DNA from: Schizochytrium sp. TIO01
Lineage: Eukaryota; Protista; Bigyra: Labyrinthulomycetes
DNA: 64,000 bases
NCBI GenBank assembly: GCA_004764695.1
Contig: SMSO01000014.1
Coordinates: forward strand, 1,483,648-1,547,647
Direction of reading: 5' to 3'
In this document: piece after piece, positions 44,601-56,692 of the stretch
How positions within the stretch are numbered: the stretch's first letter is position 1
Layout: each line of letters opens with the position of its first letter
Translations under genes and position numbers: made by a program
Notes under the pieces: generated by a model
Database searches by the model: none
What the model was told of the DNA's origin: nothing
The model's input: the letters and a program-made list of their open reading frames with translations, nothing else

Positions 44601-47600
44601 TCACGTAAACGCCCAGAAACAACGAGGTGGGCCCCACTTACGAAAAGAACCTCTCTATGCACTAACTGATACAATGACCTAGCATTGATCACAAGCTTCA
44701 ATGGGTCGTCTTGTTCCTTTCCTCCACGAGCATCGGTGACTGGTAGAAAGATGTATCGCGTACGCAAGGGTTGACCTGCTAGCCACAAGCGATCCTTTCC
44801 TGTATATGCAGGGCCATAATACTGACTTTGTTTCTCACAAAGTCCTTCGCGCTTTGCACCTTCCAAAGTAAGATTATGCAGAATTTCCTGAATGATTTGC
44901 GGCGAGTATTGACAGCACTTGACACTCTGCTTCCACAAAACGAAAGATTCAAGATCTCCGCTTTCTTGGAACATTTGCCTGATTGACTCATCTCTCAAAG
45001 TAACTCGGCAGCGTTTTAATCTACGACCATCTTGTAAAGCTTTGGGCCTTGCCCAGCATACCCGGACCGTGATGTCTCCACAATTTTCAAAGACTCCAAC
45101 CATTGCACTGGAGCCGGCAATGATATGAGGTCCACCGTAAATAAAATGCCCTTGAGAGCTGCTGCGACCTTGCTGTAAGTCTTTCCACCACTGTGTTGTA
45201 AATAAACTGTTGAAAAGGTTTCGACGAAGACGAAAGTATGAAAGTTTTCCAAGTCTTAATTCTCCGTCGTAGACATTTAGGTGAATGAGCTGGACTAGTC
45301 TCGCGACAACTTTGGCACGTAGCTGTTCTAAGGCATTGCGCATACTCTGATGTGTCAACGCCCCTCCCGAGTCAACAGATGAAAGCATTAATTTGCGCAC
45401 ATGGGCATATGAGAAAACTTCTGGGATTGGTCTTCCTGGAAGGTCAACGTGAGTCTCAAGAAGCAATAAACGTAGCTCGATGGGATTGATTTCCCACTCT
45501 GTTGTGTTACTTTTTCTTTGATCATAAACATTAACCCGGATAGTTCCCATGTACGGAGGCTGAAGAACTGCATCAGCAACATCAAACTGGATAGCCCACT
45601 TGTAAGCTAAGCTCCTAGACCAAGATATCGGATCCCTTACAAGCATTCTCATAGTATCATCAATCGACAATTCCCTTTCTTTAGCACCAAAAATAGGACC
45701 CTGCAAGGTCACATGAGGGTCGAATCCAGTTATAGGTGCATGTTGAAGACCGTCCTGGACAAACTTTGATCTAATCCAGGTTGGTGGAAGAGCAGGGGCT
45801 CGGGGCTTGCTTGGGGCATCTAGTTCAAAGACCTGAACTATACCGATTCTAGTACGAATGTTCTGGTCTACAAATGGAGGGGACACAATCATTCGACCTT
45901 GTCTAAATAATGTATTGTGATGAATTGTAGATCGCAATTGGCTTGGTTGTCGATATAGAAGACATAAGCTCTGTGTAAGTGGACCGGCCCTTGTTTGCCG
46001 CCCGTGCTTGAGCGTTAGTACGGAGCTTATAGCAGTACTCAAAATTTCTACAATTGAAGATTGTAATATTTGTTGTGTGAGCTTTGTATCTTGCGAAAAC
46101 TGATTGACACAAGGCACAATGTTCCTTTGTATAGCTGATGCTAATGCAGTTGCTGCTTTAGCTTTAGCTCGTACAACAACGTACTGAAGATTTGCCTGGA
46201 ATGCACGTTTAATTGATCTATTTCTTAGCTGAATGGCAAGCTCAACAGCTTTGGTAGCTTGCCATTTTCGCTGTATATATATAGCATTGTTTGCATTCTC
46301 AATGGGATCCCAAGCTTGTTGTGCAGTACTTAGTGAAAGATCCTCGTAAAGCTCAATTTGTCGTTTTGAAAAGTTGAGAGCAACAGCAGTTGCTTGAACC
46401 ATTGCGTGCTTGTGTACTTGAGCCGCAAGCATGACTGCATGCGCCATATCTAATCCTGAGGTCCCCTCTTCATCTGCTTTCTGTAGCCATGAAGCCTCGT
46501 CTTGCAATATTTTTGCTCTTTGTTGTGCCGCTTCAACAAGATTTTGACAGCCTTTGAGCATCCGATCATTATGTCGACCTCTTCGTTCCATTTCCTTGTG
46601 CACATCAAGTATGCTTACAAGTGGGAGTCGTAGCTCTTGTGTTAAATATCGACTTGGTGTGACAACAGCCTTTCCGCAGTCTGTGGCCATGCGTAACAAA
46701 GTGGGATCTGCAGACAGCAAATGTTGTGAAGCACGCTGCAATGCACAGCGGGCTCGTTCTAAAATAGAAGCCCGGTGCTTTAAACCTCGCAAAAGCGAAG
46801 ATAAGGTGAAAACTCCACAAATTGTTTTGCTTGTAGCTGGATGGTATGCTTGAAATAAAAGGTACTTGTGTGGGGGATGTTTTCGCTGACAATAGCATGG
46901 TGATCCACCTGAAGTCTTCTGTATAGTTCTTTCAAGCTTTACAATCCCACGGTCAACAATGCCAATGTTTCCAGGTGGACACGGTTCACCCCGAACTGAA
47001 AGCCATGCGAATTCTCTGCGTTCGCGAGTCCTTGAAGTAAGCCCAAGACACGCGAAGCATGGCTCGATAAGCTCAGCTTTTGCTCTATGGTGTCGATCAA
47101 GCTTACGGGTGTCATGAACACTAACCAGGTACTTTTCTCCATCATATTCAACTCCCTTGGTGAGCAAGGGCTGCTTCAAGCGTAACTTTGCTTTTCGAAT
47201 AGTCTTTCGGAAAACTTTTTGAGTGAAGCTACGAGCAACCTTGACGCAATTCCGACCACGATGTAGCTCAAGAGTAGCTCTTTGGGCTATCCCAACACGC
47301 ATCTGGGTACATAAGGCTCTTGCAACAGATGCTCGAAGATTGCGCTGAATGACACCAGCTGCCCGGGTTCTTTCGTGCCATTTCTGGATGAACAATTCTG
47401 CTGAGTCACAATCCATGATAAGCAATGAGCCACCAGCTATTCTTCCTAGTTCAACAAGCTGCATGATTGTATCCGGATTACATGCGTCCCCTCTACGGAT
47501 GCTTTTAGCTAGACGTTTTTGTATTCTTGCTCTTCGCGCATTCAGGACTTTCCCCTGCTCCTTAAGCTTGCGGTGAAAATCATAGCGTCGCTGATTTTCC

Positions 47601-50600
47601 CCACGGAGCTGCATGCCTTCAAAATATGTACCTGCCTCACCCGTAGCCCATACACCAGGTTTTTTCCCTACGAGATGATGTCGTACCTGTTGAACCGCAA
47701 TATATTCTCCTCGTTCCCAGAAATACGCAGTGTGAATTCTATCTTCAGGAAGCCGCTCAGCTACTGTCAGGGGCTGATATTGTTTCTTCTTTCGTCGAGT
47801 AGTTTTTCCTGACAGGTCATTGAGCTCTGCCTCAGTCAGCACATCTGCAGTCTTGTACGTACGAAAAAGTTGAGGTTTCCTTTTCCTTCCCTTTGTATTT
47901 GTGTGACGCTGCGCTCCACGTTTTAGGGAAGGAGCTGGGTTATCAACGTTTTCGTCGATTTCTTCATCAGTCGTATCATCCCACTCAGAGTCAGAGTCCT
48001 CTACTTCTTCCCCTTGCTCGCGCCGTCGCTCACGGTCTTCTCGTCGTGCTTTCTTATCTGCCTCAATTGCTGCCTTCGCTGCCTGGGTTTTTGCGTCCAA
48101 TCGAGAATTTTGCATGTAGCGCGCAAGGTCTTCTTCTTCTCTGATGACACCTTGAGCGTCGCGAATCCGCTTCATGTGTAACACTTCGAAGGACTTAGGC
48201 TCATGCTTTCTCACAAAATCATCCACAAGCTTTCGAGATGTTACGCATAGAGAAACATATGCTCTCTGCTTACCGACTGTAACATGCGGCCCTCGAGACA
48301 TATGACCATGCCATTCCAAGCATTGATTGCCATGAACTAACACCGAATCTGTAGGAACTCCAAATGTAGCTGCAACGTTCTCAGGTGTACTCTCAGTTAC
48401 AGCTTCTTCAGTGTCCCGAACTTTTCGAACTCTCACCCGTCGTCTTTCACCTTGAGCAATGTCTGTTGCGAGCATGAACGGATTATTACGAAACGATAAG
48501 CTCTGGTCTAAGAATTGCTTCTTGAAAAACAATTGTAGCAACTCGATGTTTTGAAGAAAATCGGTATCATGAAGCATTTTTAGCAAGTAATTTTGACCAT
48601 TCCAAAGGTATGATGGAGTATAGGAGCCAAACCGATTGAATGAATTTGCAAAACAAAACTCACATCGTGTGTCTGTTACACCCATGTCACTTTCAACCGC
48701 GAAATGCTTCCCGCATGAACGAATAATGAATTTGGGCCGTGGAAACTTATCTGGTCCGCACATTTCTTTTGCCATGAGGCGTTTAATTTCATCCTCGTAA
48801 GCTCGCAACGCTTCTTCTCGCGTTTCGTAAATCCCGACATACCGAAACAGCAAAGCTTTTTTGCCATCGACATCTTCATCACGATTAAAGCGTCTAACCT
48901 TTGATCGAAATGCTTTTGAGCCAGGATAGAGACGCTCGCCGTAATAGCCCATTTTAACAACCCAGCCATAAGGTTTCAAAAACGAGTTCTCAAATGTTGA
49001 CGCAGCACCGCCTGTATTCGCAAACTCCATCTCGCCACGCTTTCTCCACTTTACTACAGCCTCTACGACACGTACCGAGCTGATACGAAGCTTGTTCAAA
49101 AGAAAAAGCAAAGATCCCACGTCATCTGTTTGTACATGCCCTGAAAGATGGTCTTGAAATTTTCTTCGGCAATTTTCTGTCTCTTCACGCAGCGTTGCGA
49201 TAAGTTGCTCTCTCGAAGAAATAGCCTCCAAGACGTTCATCTCCAATGCTGCATCAGATTCAGCACGGCGGTGCTGCCACTCGTGTGCTTCTTGAGATGA
49301 TATATAGAAATGGCGACCCGGACAATCTTTTTTAAGACAGCGCTGGCGAAGGCCCCAATCCTCGCAGAAGGGCGGGGCTGTACTATGTGTCATCCCTCCC
49401 ACTATTGCAGCATCAATCTCTTCTTGCTTACCAAGAATAGATTTGCTTTGTAATGTTACATTTTCTGCACTCATTGCCGCGGAGACATAATCTTTGTCGT
49501 CTAACCTTTCTATTATGTCTATTTTCTCTTCTGTTTCAGCCTCGAGGCCCGTTGTACCATCACTTTGCTGACTTGGAGGACGTGAGAAAGATTCTGTGGA
49601 TGCTTGTGAACCTTGCGAAACTGGACGTCCTCTGGCTAGTGCTGCTGCAGCTCTGCGAGCTTGACGCTGAGCTTTCTGCGCAAGTTGTAGCCTTTGCTTG
49701 ATTGCTGCAAGCTCTTCCCCTTGCTGGCGAGAAACACCAGCTTCTGCATCTGCGATCCTGTTTTGCCTTTTCTGCGAGCTATCCATGAGGTCTAAATGAG
49801 ACATTTTGAGACCCTCACGCAAATGATAGTTCCAATCTTCAGGGTCAGGTGTTGCGAGAGGTGCCTCTTCTTCTTCATCATCACTTGCTTTCGCATTGGT
49901 CTCATCTTTTGTAATTTTATCTGGCTCAGATATCTTACTGGATGTCGCTTGAACTCCAGGCAGAATTGTACGTACTAAGAATTTAGGCGTGGTCTGATCT
50001 TTTGGAAGAAGGTGATCGACTTTTGTATTAACGCTTACAAAGGTATCCGGGTTTAGTCCTTGCTCAATCATGTGTCTCTTCAGCTGCTTAGCATCTTCTT
50101 TCGCTACAAGAGCCAATCGTTGTAGGCTGGCAGCCTCTGCTTGCTTTTCTAACATAAGTCGCCGAGTTTTAGCCCGTGCCTCAAAAGATAGCACATTGTG
50201 CTGTTTACGGAGTTTATCGAGCAGTGTAAAGGCCTCAGCCGCTACAGCTTCTGCAGAATCATGCGCCTCTGTTGCCTCCCTATCAGCTCGCTGAATACGA
50301 TGTAAGAAGTCCCATTTCTTGTTGTATTCAAGTTTTTTAGAGTCTACCAAATTCTCTAACTCACGGTCGTGGTCTTCACGAATTTTCCGTGACCTTGGTG
50401 TAGTTCCAGCAAGTACCTCTCGATATTCGGGTGACCGAAGGGTCCACTCTTGCTGAGTTTCTTGATAAAGTTCAGACTCTGCATAAGCATTTCGAGATAA
50501 CTCAAAGAGTGGGTCCTTGTTTGCAAGACCCGTTCCATGAAAAAGAACTCTACCCTCATGAATTTGCCGAACAAAGGTCTCACCTTGCTCAAGCAAGTTC

Positions 50601-50980
50601 AATCGATCTTCTTCGGCAGCTTGCTCCAAGCAAGATGCCTTATGAGTCCAATACGATGCTTCCCTTTCCTTTCTTTCATTAACTTGCTCAAGACTAATTC
50701 GTACACCATCATTAACCTTTACATTTAGTTCGTCAGCTCTCTGCGTAACAGACTTTTCAGCGTATGATATGTCATCATTGTTGGAACCCTTGCTACCTTG
50801 GTCGCTTGTGTCCTCGAGACGTTGTTGTTGGTATTCTAGAGATTCTGGTGCTGTTCGTTGGATCTCGTCAAAATCCTGCTCACGAAGTTCGCCACTGTGA
50901 CGTTGATCTTTGAGTCGTAACCTTTCCCGCAAACGCTGCCTGCGAGCCGCAGGCCCAAGTCCAGCAGAACCCGTTTGCAT
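41671..50980 (-). CDS. Very large (~3,100 aa) hypothetical protein with coiled coils, AP2-like segment, IQ-like motif and a C-terminal EF-hand pair; one frame break near 42727-42729
   Basis: Open 2764-aa frame overlapping a 368-aa frame. Motifs: 'RYVGIYETREEALRAYE' (AP2-like), 'AAGVIQRNLRASVAR' (IQ-like), 'DANHDGGLDAQEF' and 'DADNNGDISLLEL' (EF-hands). Joining the two ORFs is inferred. Confidence 0.72.
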
Positions 50981-51528
50981 TCCTTTCTAGGCAGTTTTTC
51001 TTTTACAATACTCTGCGCTGGTGGCCGCTGCTGCTTGCCAGAGCGCAAGCCCACACAGCAGCAGCCTCTGATAGAGCCTATAGTTCCAGCAAACGCAACC
51101 CTACCTCTTCGTACACTTGATAGCTATACTCCAGGACGGGGTACTCCGTGCGACCGCTGTCTTATGTATCACTGATAACAAGTTAGTGTGCAGGAGTCCC
51201 ATAAGCCCATTATTGTGTTATTGTTCAAATATGTTTGCTTACTTATTCACTAATATATGAAATCGAGCCTTAGTTAAAAGGACTCAACGGCTAGTTTTAT
51301 TTAATGTAATGGCGTTCTCAGAAAATTAATAATAGCGATAGTAAATGTTCAAAGGCGCGCAAGTGCGCTGCACATCAGCAAAGGTGGTCTACATGAAGGA
51401 AAGAGAGCTCCGCGATTCACTTGGCGCAGGCGAGAAGAACAGATATACTTTGGGTTGTAGCAGACTATAGACGCAGGTGGTGCCAGTTCTAGAGCTAGCT
51501 GTACAAGCAAGAAGGTAAAGCGGCAAGC

Positions 51529-52233
51529 ATGGAAAACCCTGCTGGCGCAGAGGCTGCTACAAAGCTACCCCCATCTGCATCTGTGAAGCCTCTGAGCTTG
51601 CCAGACAACTTACTAGATTTGACCCGACAGAAGGAGGTGGAAATCCTCGCTCGGGTACTAATTGTTGCAAGTATTTCTGGAGGGCAAGATGATGTTGTAC
51701 GCAAACTTGATAGCTTAGTTGCAAATAAAGGCGTCATATCTGGCATTGGCATGGTTCTACGCCAAACTTGTATGCTGTTTTGCGAGGGAGAATCTGAACA
51801 AATGAGGCGAATGGTAGTGAGTCTGCAAGAATCGTCACGACCTCTTGAAGATATTCGCGTTGCAGCATTCTGCGACGATGTTCCGTCAAGAACTTTTAAA
51901 GACTACTCTACCTTCAAAGCAAATATTCCAAAAGAGAGCAATGTTTCTCTGCCGGATGAGGGCATTGCTAGCTTCGTTTTTGATGTTTTTCAGAAGTGCA
52001 CACTTCTTGGTGCAGAGATTGGGAAACAGAACAAAGCAAAGGCAAATGCCAGTCTTGCCGAGAAACAACCCACTTTGTTCCCTTCTCACGAACGTCTTAT
52101 CATTATTGCCACCAGTGACGATCTTATGCGTATCGATGATTTCTTTGAACTACATGGAAAACCCATTCGACCTGAGTCTCTGGGCGATTCAATCTGGCCA
52201 ATGCAAGATATTGCAGTAGATTTACAACTTTGA
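51529..52233 (+). CDS. TEX47-like (BLUF-like fold) protein
   Basis: 'ISGIGMV...CMLFCEG', 'DDVPSRTF' and C-terminal 'FFELHGKPI...DSIWP' resemble the TEX47/C7orf62 family (recognised from memory, not by search). Confidence 0.55.
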   Translation: MENPAGAEAATKLPPSASVKPLSLPDNLLDLTRQKEVEILARVLIVASISGGQDDVVRKLDSLVANKGVISGIGMVLRQTCMLFCEGESEQMRRMVVSLQESSRPLEDIRVAAFCDDVPSRTFKDYSTFKANIPKESNVSLPDEGIASFVFDVFQKCTLLGAEIGKQNKAKANASLAEKQPTLFPSHERLIIIATSDDLMRIDDFFELHGKPIRPESLGDSIWPMQDIAVDLQL

Positions 52234-52641
52234 TCGCATATTCAAAAGCAAAAACTACCCAAGTGTAGAGTTTTTAGCGTGATGCGGCTTGTTCACTTTC
52301 AAATTCTAGGCTGTTCTTTTTTAAAATTAAAATTTGTGTGTAATTTGTTTTTACTTGTTCTTTTCTCTTTGCACGTTGTTTGCTTTCAGTATTCCTCTGT
52401 CTCACCGAGGTCGCTCGAAATTAAAAGATGCTCAAGGAAGTATTGAAAGTTATCTTTTAACCTTGTATACGCTTCCAACGTGCGGGCCAAACGTTGAAAT
52501 AAAACGACGGATCATTAAAGGAAGGGCTTAGGATACTGTACAAGTAATGAGCAGAAGACTTAGAAGCTGTGGTTACAAGAACATCAACGATTTTTTTTTT
52601 GTTGAGAAAAACAGCATACAACAGGAATTATGATAAAGTTT

Positions 52642-54354
52642 CTACTTGAGAGTGTATGCCTTGTAGTACTTGTTGTCAATGGCCAAGGTCATGTCGATAT
52701 CGCGTTTGTTTCGTTCGTTTCGCTTGTAGCTGAGAGTGATCTGAAGCTCCTGGTCTGCCTTGACGTCGAGGAAGTCTTCTAGGTACAGGACAGTGTGAGC
52801 CCAGTGCGTAGTGGGTGACTCAACAGCAGTAGACAGGACGAGGTCAGTGTCCGGGACCATACCGCAGTCAAAAGAAATCACGAAGCTAGTAAGTTTGGCG
52901 TCCTTGGTGGCACGCATGGTGAAGCTAGAGGTGAAATCAAGCTCCTCCTTGGTCACTACAGCGATGTCAATGTCGTAAACAAGTGCGCGGTCAGTGACAA
53001 TGTTTTCAGGCTTTGCGACCTCAACAAGCGGCTCACGAGGGCGCATAGTGCAGAGTTCAGAATAGTCGAAGCCGTAAACATCACGCCAGTAGTCGAACTT
53101 TGCAAGGTTGCTCTGTCCTTGGAGGTAAATGGTGGCCTTGTTGGGAACCATCACACCGCCAGGCTTAAGCCAGCGGTCGCGGGCGTCAAGGACAGAGTCA
53201 AGCATAGACTCAAAGAGCAAACCATAGCCCATCCATTCCGACACGATCAAGTCAACCTTAAGGTCCTCTCCAAGCATGTTCTCGAGTTCCTCGACGCGTC
53301 CATTGACAATCTTAATGGTATCTTCATAGCCGTTCTTGGTCACAAGACGCTGAGCAAGCTCGGCAATTGCGGACGCGTCAACGCCGATGACACGTTTGGC
53401 TCCGGCACGAGCAGAGAACATACTCAAGATGCCGGTTCCACAGCCAACATCAAGAACGGTGGCGTTGGGGATCTTGGGGATTGCGGCATCGAGGGCATCG
53501 CGGTAACCTTCTGTGCGAGGGCGATCCTTGAGCATCTCCTCGTGAATGCCCATTGTGCTGTATGACTCGAAGTACATGCTGTCATATTCGTTTGCTTGCT
53601 CAGATTGTTTGTTGCGGCCCTTTCCGGATTTTCCCTGTGCGCGAGTGTTGTTCTTGGCGTCGTCAGCAGCTGTCTCGCCTTCTTCTTCTTCGTCGTCTTC
53701 GAGGCCTGGCATTTCGTCATCATCCTCGTCATCCGAGGTCCCCGAGTCTTCGCTGTCGCTGCCTTGTTTGTTGTCGAGCTCGATGACCTCCTCGAGCAGC
53801 TCACGAATCTTGGCGCGGCAAGAAGCAAGTTCATCCTCGAGCATAATAATGCGCTCCTTATCAGGGATGCTCTTGCTAACCTCCACGGAGCCCGCCTCGG
53901 CCTTGGCGACGTCAGACGCATCCTGAATCTTGGTGGTGCTTTCAACCTCGTCTTCATCGTCCTCAGCAACTTCGTCGAATGCGTAGAGGAATGCGTCTTC
54001 AGGCATCACAGGCTGAAGAAGCGAATCGTCTTCGTTCAAGGTGTCAGAGGCATTCTCCTGCTTTAAGACCTTGACAATGTCCTCCACGGAAGTGCCCTTT
54101 GCAACTTCACGACGGCAGAAGTTGACGGTGCGAATCCACAAATACTCATCTTGGCGAGCCACAGCCTTGAGGTCAAGATCATATTTCTCCTTGAGTGCAG
54201 CGACCAGCGCAGAGCTACTCGGGTAGGTCTGCTTAGAGAAGAGGTCTACGCATTCCTCCTCATCGAGGTCCTCTTCGAGGAGTTCTTCATCAGATAGTTC
54301 GTTGTCTCCATCCGGCACGTTCATGTTGCCAAATTCCTCGTTGGCAGCCGCCAT
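52642..54354 (-). CDS. PRMT3: Type I protein arginine N-methyltransferase, PRMT3-like
   Basis: 'YFESY', 'HEEMLKD', 'VLDVGCGTGILS', double-E loop 'VSEWMGY.L.FE', THW loop. N-terminal 'YLWIRTVNFCR...LQPVMPEDAFL' is typical of PRMT3. Confidence 0.88.
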   Translation of the reverse strand: MAAANEEFGNMNVPDGDNELSDEELLEEDLDEEECVDLFSKQTYPSSSALVAALKEKYDLDLKAVARQDEYLWIRTVNFCRREVAKGTSVEDIVKVLKQENASDTLNEDDSLLQPVMPEDAFLYAFDEVAEDDEDEVESTTKIQDASDVAKAEAGSVEVSKSIPDKERIIMLEDELASCRAKIRELLEEVIELDNKQGSDSEDSGTSDDEDDDEMPGLEDDEEEEGETAADDAKNNTRAQGKSGKGRNKQSEQANEYDSMYFESYSTMGIHEEMLKDRPRTEGYRDALDAAIPKIPNATVLDVGCGTGILSMFSARAGAKRVIGVDASAIAELAQRLVTKNGYEDTIKIVNGRVEELENMLGEDLKVDLIVSEWMGYGLLFESMLDSVLDARDRWLKPGGVMVPNKATIYLQGQSNLAKFDYWRDVYGFDYSELCTMRPREPLVEVAKPENIVTDRALVYDIDIAVVTKEELDFTSSFTMRATKDAKLTSFVISFDCGMVPDTDLVLSTAVESPTTHWAHTVLYLEDFLDVKADQELQITLSYKRNERNKRDIDMTLAIDNKYYKAYTLK

Positions 54355-54963
54355 CTTCGCAAAATTCTAGCCAAGCACAGCTCCTCCGCGATTTGCTTTC
54401 GCAGCTCCTGAAAACGAATCGAGACCCTCCAGAATCACTCAATCTCTGAGTAAATCGCTCGTTAAAAACATTACTTATTCAATGCTCAATGCGTTGCTTC
54501 TTAATCTGCCCCTGTAGGCCACGCCTAAGCTCTGCTATGCCATTCCTCTGTCTCTGCTCCAGAAAGCATTCCACTTACTTTCATTTATTCCTTCTCAAGC
54601 CCTCCCAAGACCAACCGAGTTAGTGCACCACCCATTTGCGCGGAAGCCTTTACGGCGCGATTCGGCCCCGAATTTTGAGTGGAACAGGGCAACATTCAGA
54701 ACGGTCGAAGAACGAAAAGTGCTTGGTTAGTGATGATACTAAAATGGGGGTGCAAAGACGAAAGAAAGAAGAAAGATTATATTGTATCCCTGTGTGAGAT
54801 CTTCTACTTCGCCGGGGAAGCAGATATCGAAAGCGCTTGCTTTGCGGTGGCCAAAACGACTTGGCCAGCTCAAGGAAATAAAGTAGCCTTGCGAACGTTT
54901 GACGGCTCTCTGTGGAGGGTTTAAGCTCAGTGGTCTGGGTCTGGCAACTTTAGCAAGTTAAAG

Positions 54964-56692
54964 ATGGCGACCATGGAGACTTCAACGCCGCCTCATGCAC
55001 CTGGTGAAGAACGCGCGCAGAGTGCCATGGTTGTGGACAGTGGGGCATCCATGAAACACCTGAGCGCTGTAGACGTTATCCTCAGTCGAGCAAGCCCATT
55101 TGGCAATGAAACCGGAAGTCTTCCCTCTGGCGAGTTCTATCCTGGTCAGGTACGTCCTTATGGAGTCAGCTGAAAATGATGATTTGCTGCAATTTATAAT
55201 TCACCAAAGACTTGTATTCTTTTGCTTTTTGCAAGCATGGCTCGGATTTCGTTTTTCATAAGTGAGAAGAGAGAAGAGAGGTTACAACCAACAATGTGTG
55301 GTGTAAGGGGCTTGGTTTGATTCGCGAGGATCCTTACTTAACTTTGCGGGAGTGTATATATTGGCGAGTCTGACTAACCTAAACTGTGGTCAATAATGAT
55401 CATCTTATCTATACATTGTGGTGATATGTAATTAATATCTGATTCAACAGGAGACACGTGACTTTATTTCTTCCCAAGCCCGTATTCTCGTTATTGGAGC
55501 TGGTGGTTTGGGCTGTGAATTATTGAAGAATCTGGCCCTGTCTGGCTTCAAATCTATCGATGTGATCGACCTTGACACCATTGATGTGACAAACCTAAAT
55601 AGGCAGTTCTTGTTTCGGCAAAAGGATGTTGGTCGTATGAAGGCCGAGGTTGCAGCAGAGTTCATCAAAACCAGAGTTCCTGGAGTTCAAGTGACAGCTC
55701 ATACATGCCCGATTCAGGACAAGGATGAGACTTTCTACCGCCAATTTAGTCTTGTAATTGCTGGACTAGACAATATTAAAGCGCGGCGTTGGATGAATAG
55801 TCTTCTCCATCAGATGGTGGAAACAGATGACGAAGGCAATATTGACCCGGAGACTGTAATTCCGCTTATCGACGGAGGAACCGAAGCATTTAAAGGCCAG
55901 GCTCGTGTAATTTTGCCAATGGCCACATCTTGTTTTGAATGTTCAATCGACTCGTTTCCGCCTCAGGTCCACTTTCCACTTTGTACAGTTGCAGAGACTC
56001 CGCGAAAGCCTGAGCATTGCATTGCATATGTCCTATTTGCCATTAACAAGTCCTTGAGCAACCCTGAGGCTGACCGCATCCACGAGGGCTTTGTAGAGAA
56101 GTTTGGTGTTGGTACGAAGCTTGATAAGGATGATCCAGGCCACATGCGCTTTATTTATGAACTGGCCCTAGACCGCGCCAACCTATTTAGTATTGAAGGT
56201 GTCACCTATATGCTTACCATGGGTGTTGTGAAGAATATTGTCCCTGCGGTGGCTTCTACCAATGCAATTATTGCGGGAGCTTGTGTAAATGAGGCTTTTA
56301 AGGTGCTTTCCTGGAGTTCACAGTCTCTGAACACGTACTTTATGTACAATGGCACCACTGGTGTATACTCATATACCTTTGAATATGGACGTAAGGCAGA
56401 CTGCCCAGTTTGTAATGCCGACGAGATTCGCTGGTCTCTTAGCGCAGAGCAAACTCTGAGCGAATTTATGGACCGTCTTATGAGCGATACTACCTTGCAG
56501 CTTGAGAAACCTTCCATTGCAAAGCCTGGCTTGTCCTTGTTTATTCAGAAGCCGGAAGCCTTGCGTAAACAGACAGAGCCGAATTTACAGAAGAAGCTTG
56601 GCGATCTGTTACAGTCTGGAGATGTAATTACAGTCACAGATCCAGTCTTTCCTGCAGGTCAAAACGTAAGTATCATCGTTAACCTTGAGTAA
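54964..56692 (+). CDS. UBA3: NEDD8-activating enzyme E1 catalytic subunit; 2 exons: 54964-55149 and 55451-56692
   Basis: 'ILVIGAGGLGCELLKNL', 'NLNRQFLF', catalytic 'FPLCTVAETPRKPEHC', 'VKNIVPAVASTNA'. Phase-0 intron 55150-55450 (GTACGT...CAG). Confidence 0.94.

Noticed and set aside
55177-55373. C-box (ATGATGA) and D-box (CTGA) pair in the UBA3 intron
   Set aside because: Spacing of ~190 nt, no terminal stem and no recognisable rRNA-antisense element; insufficient for a snoRNA call.
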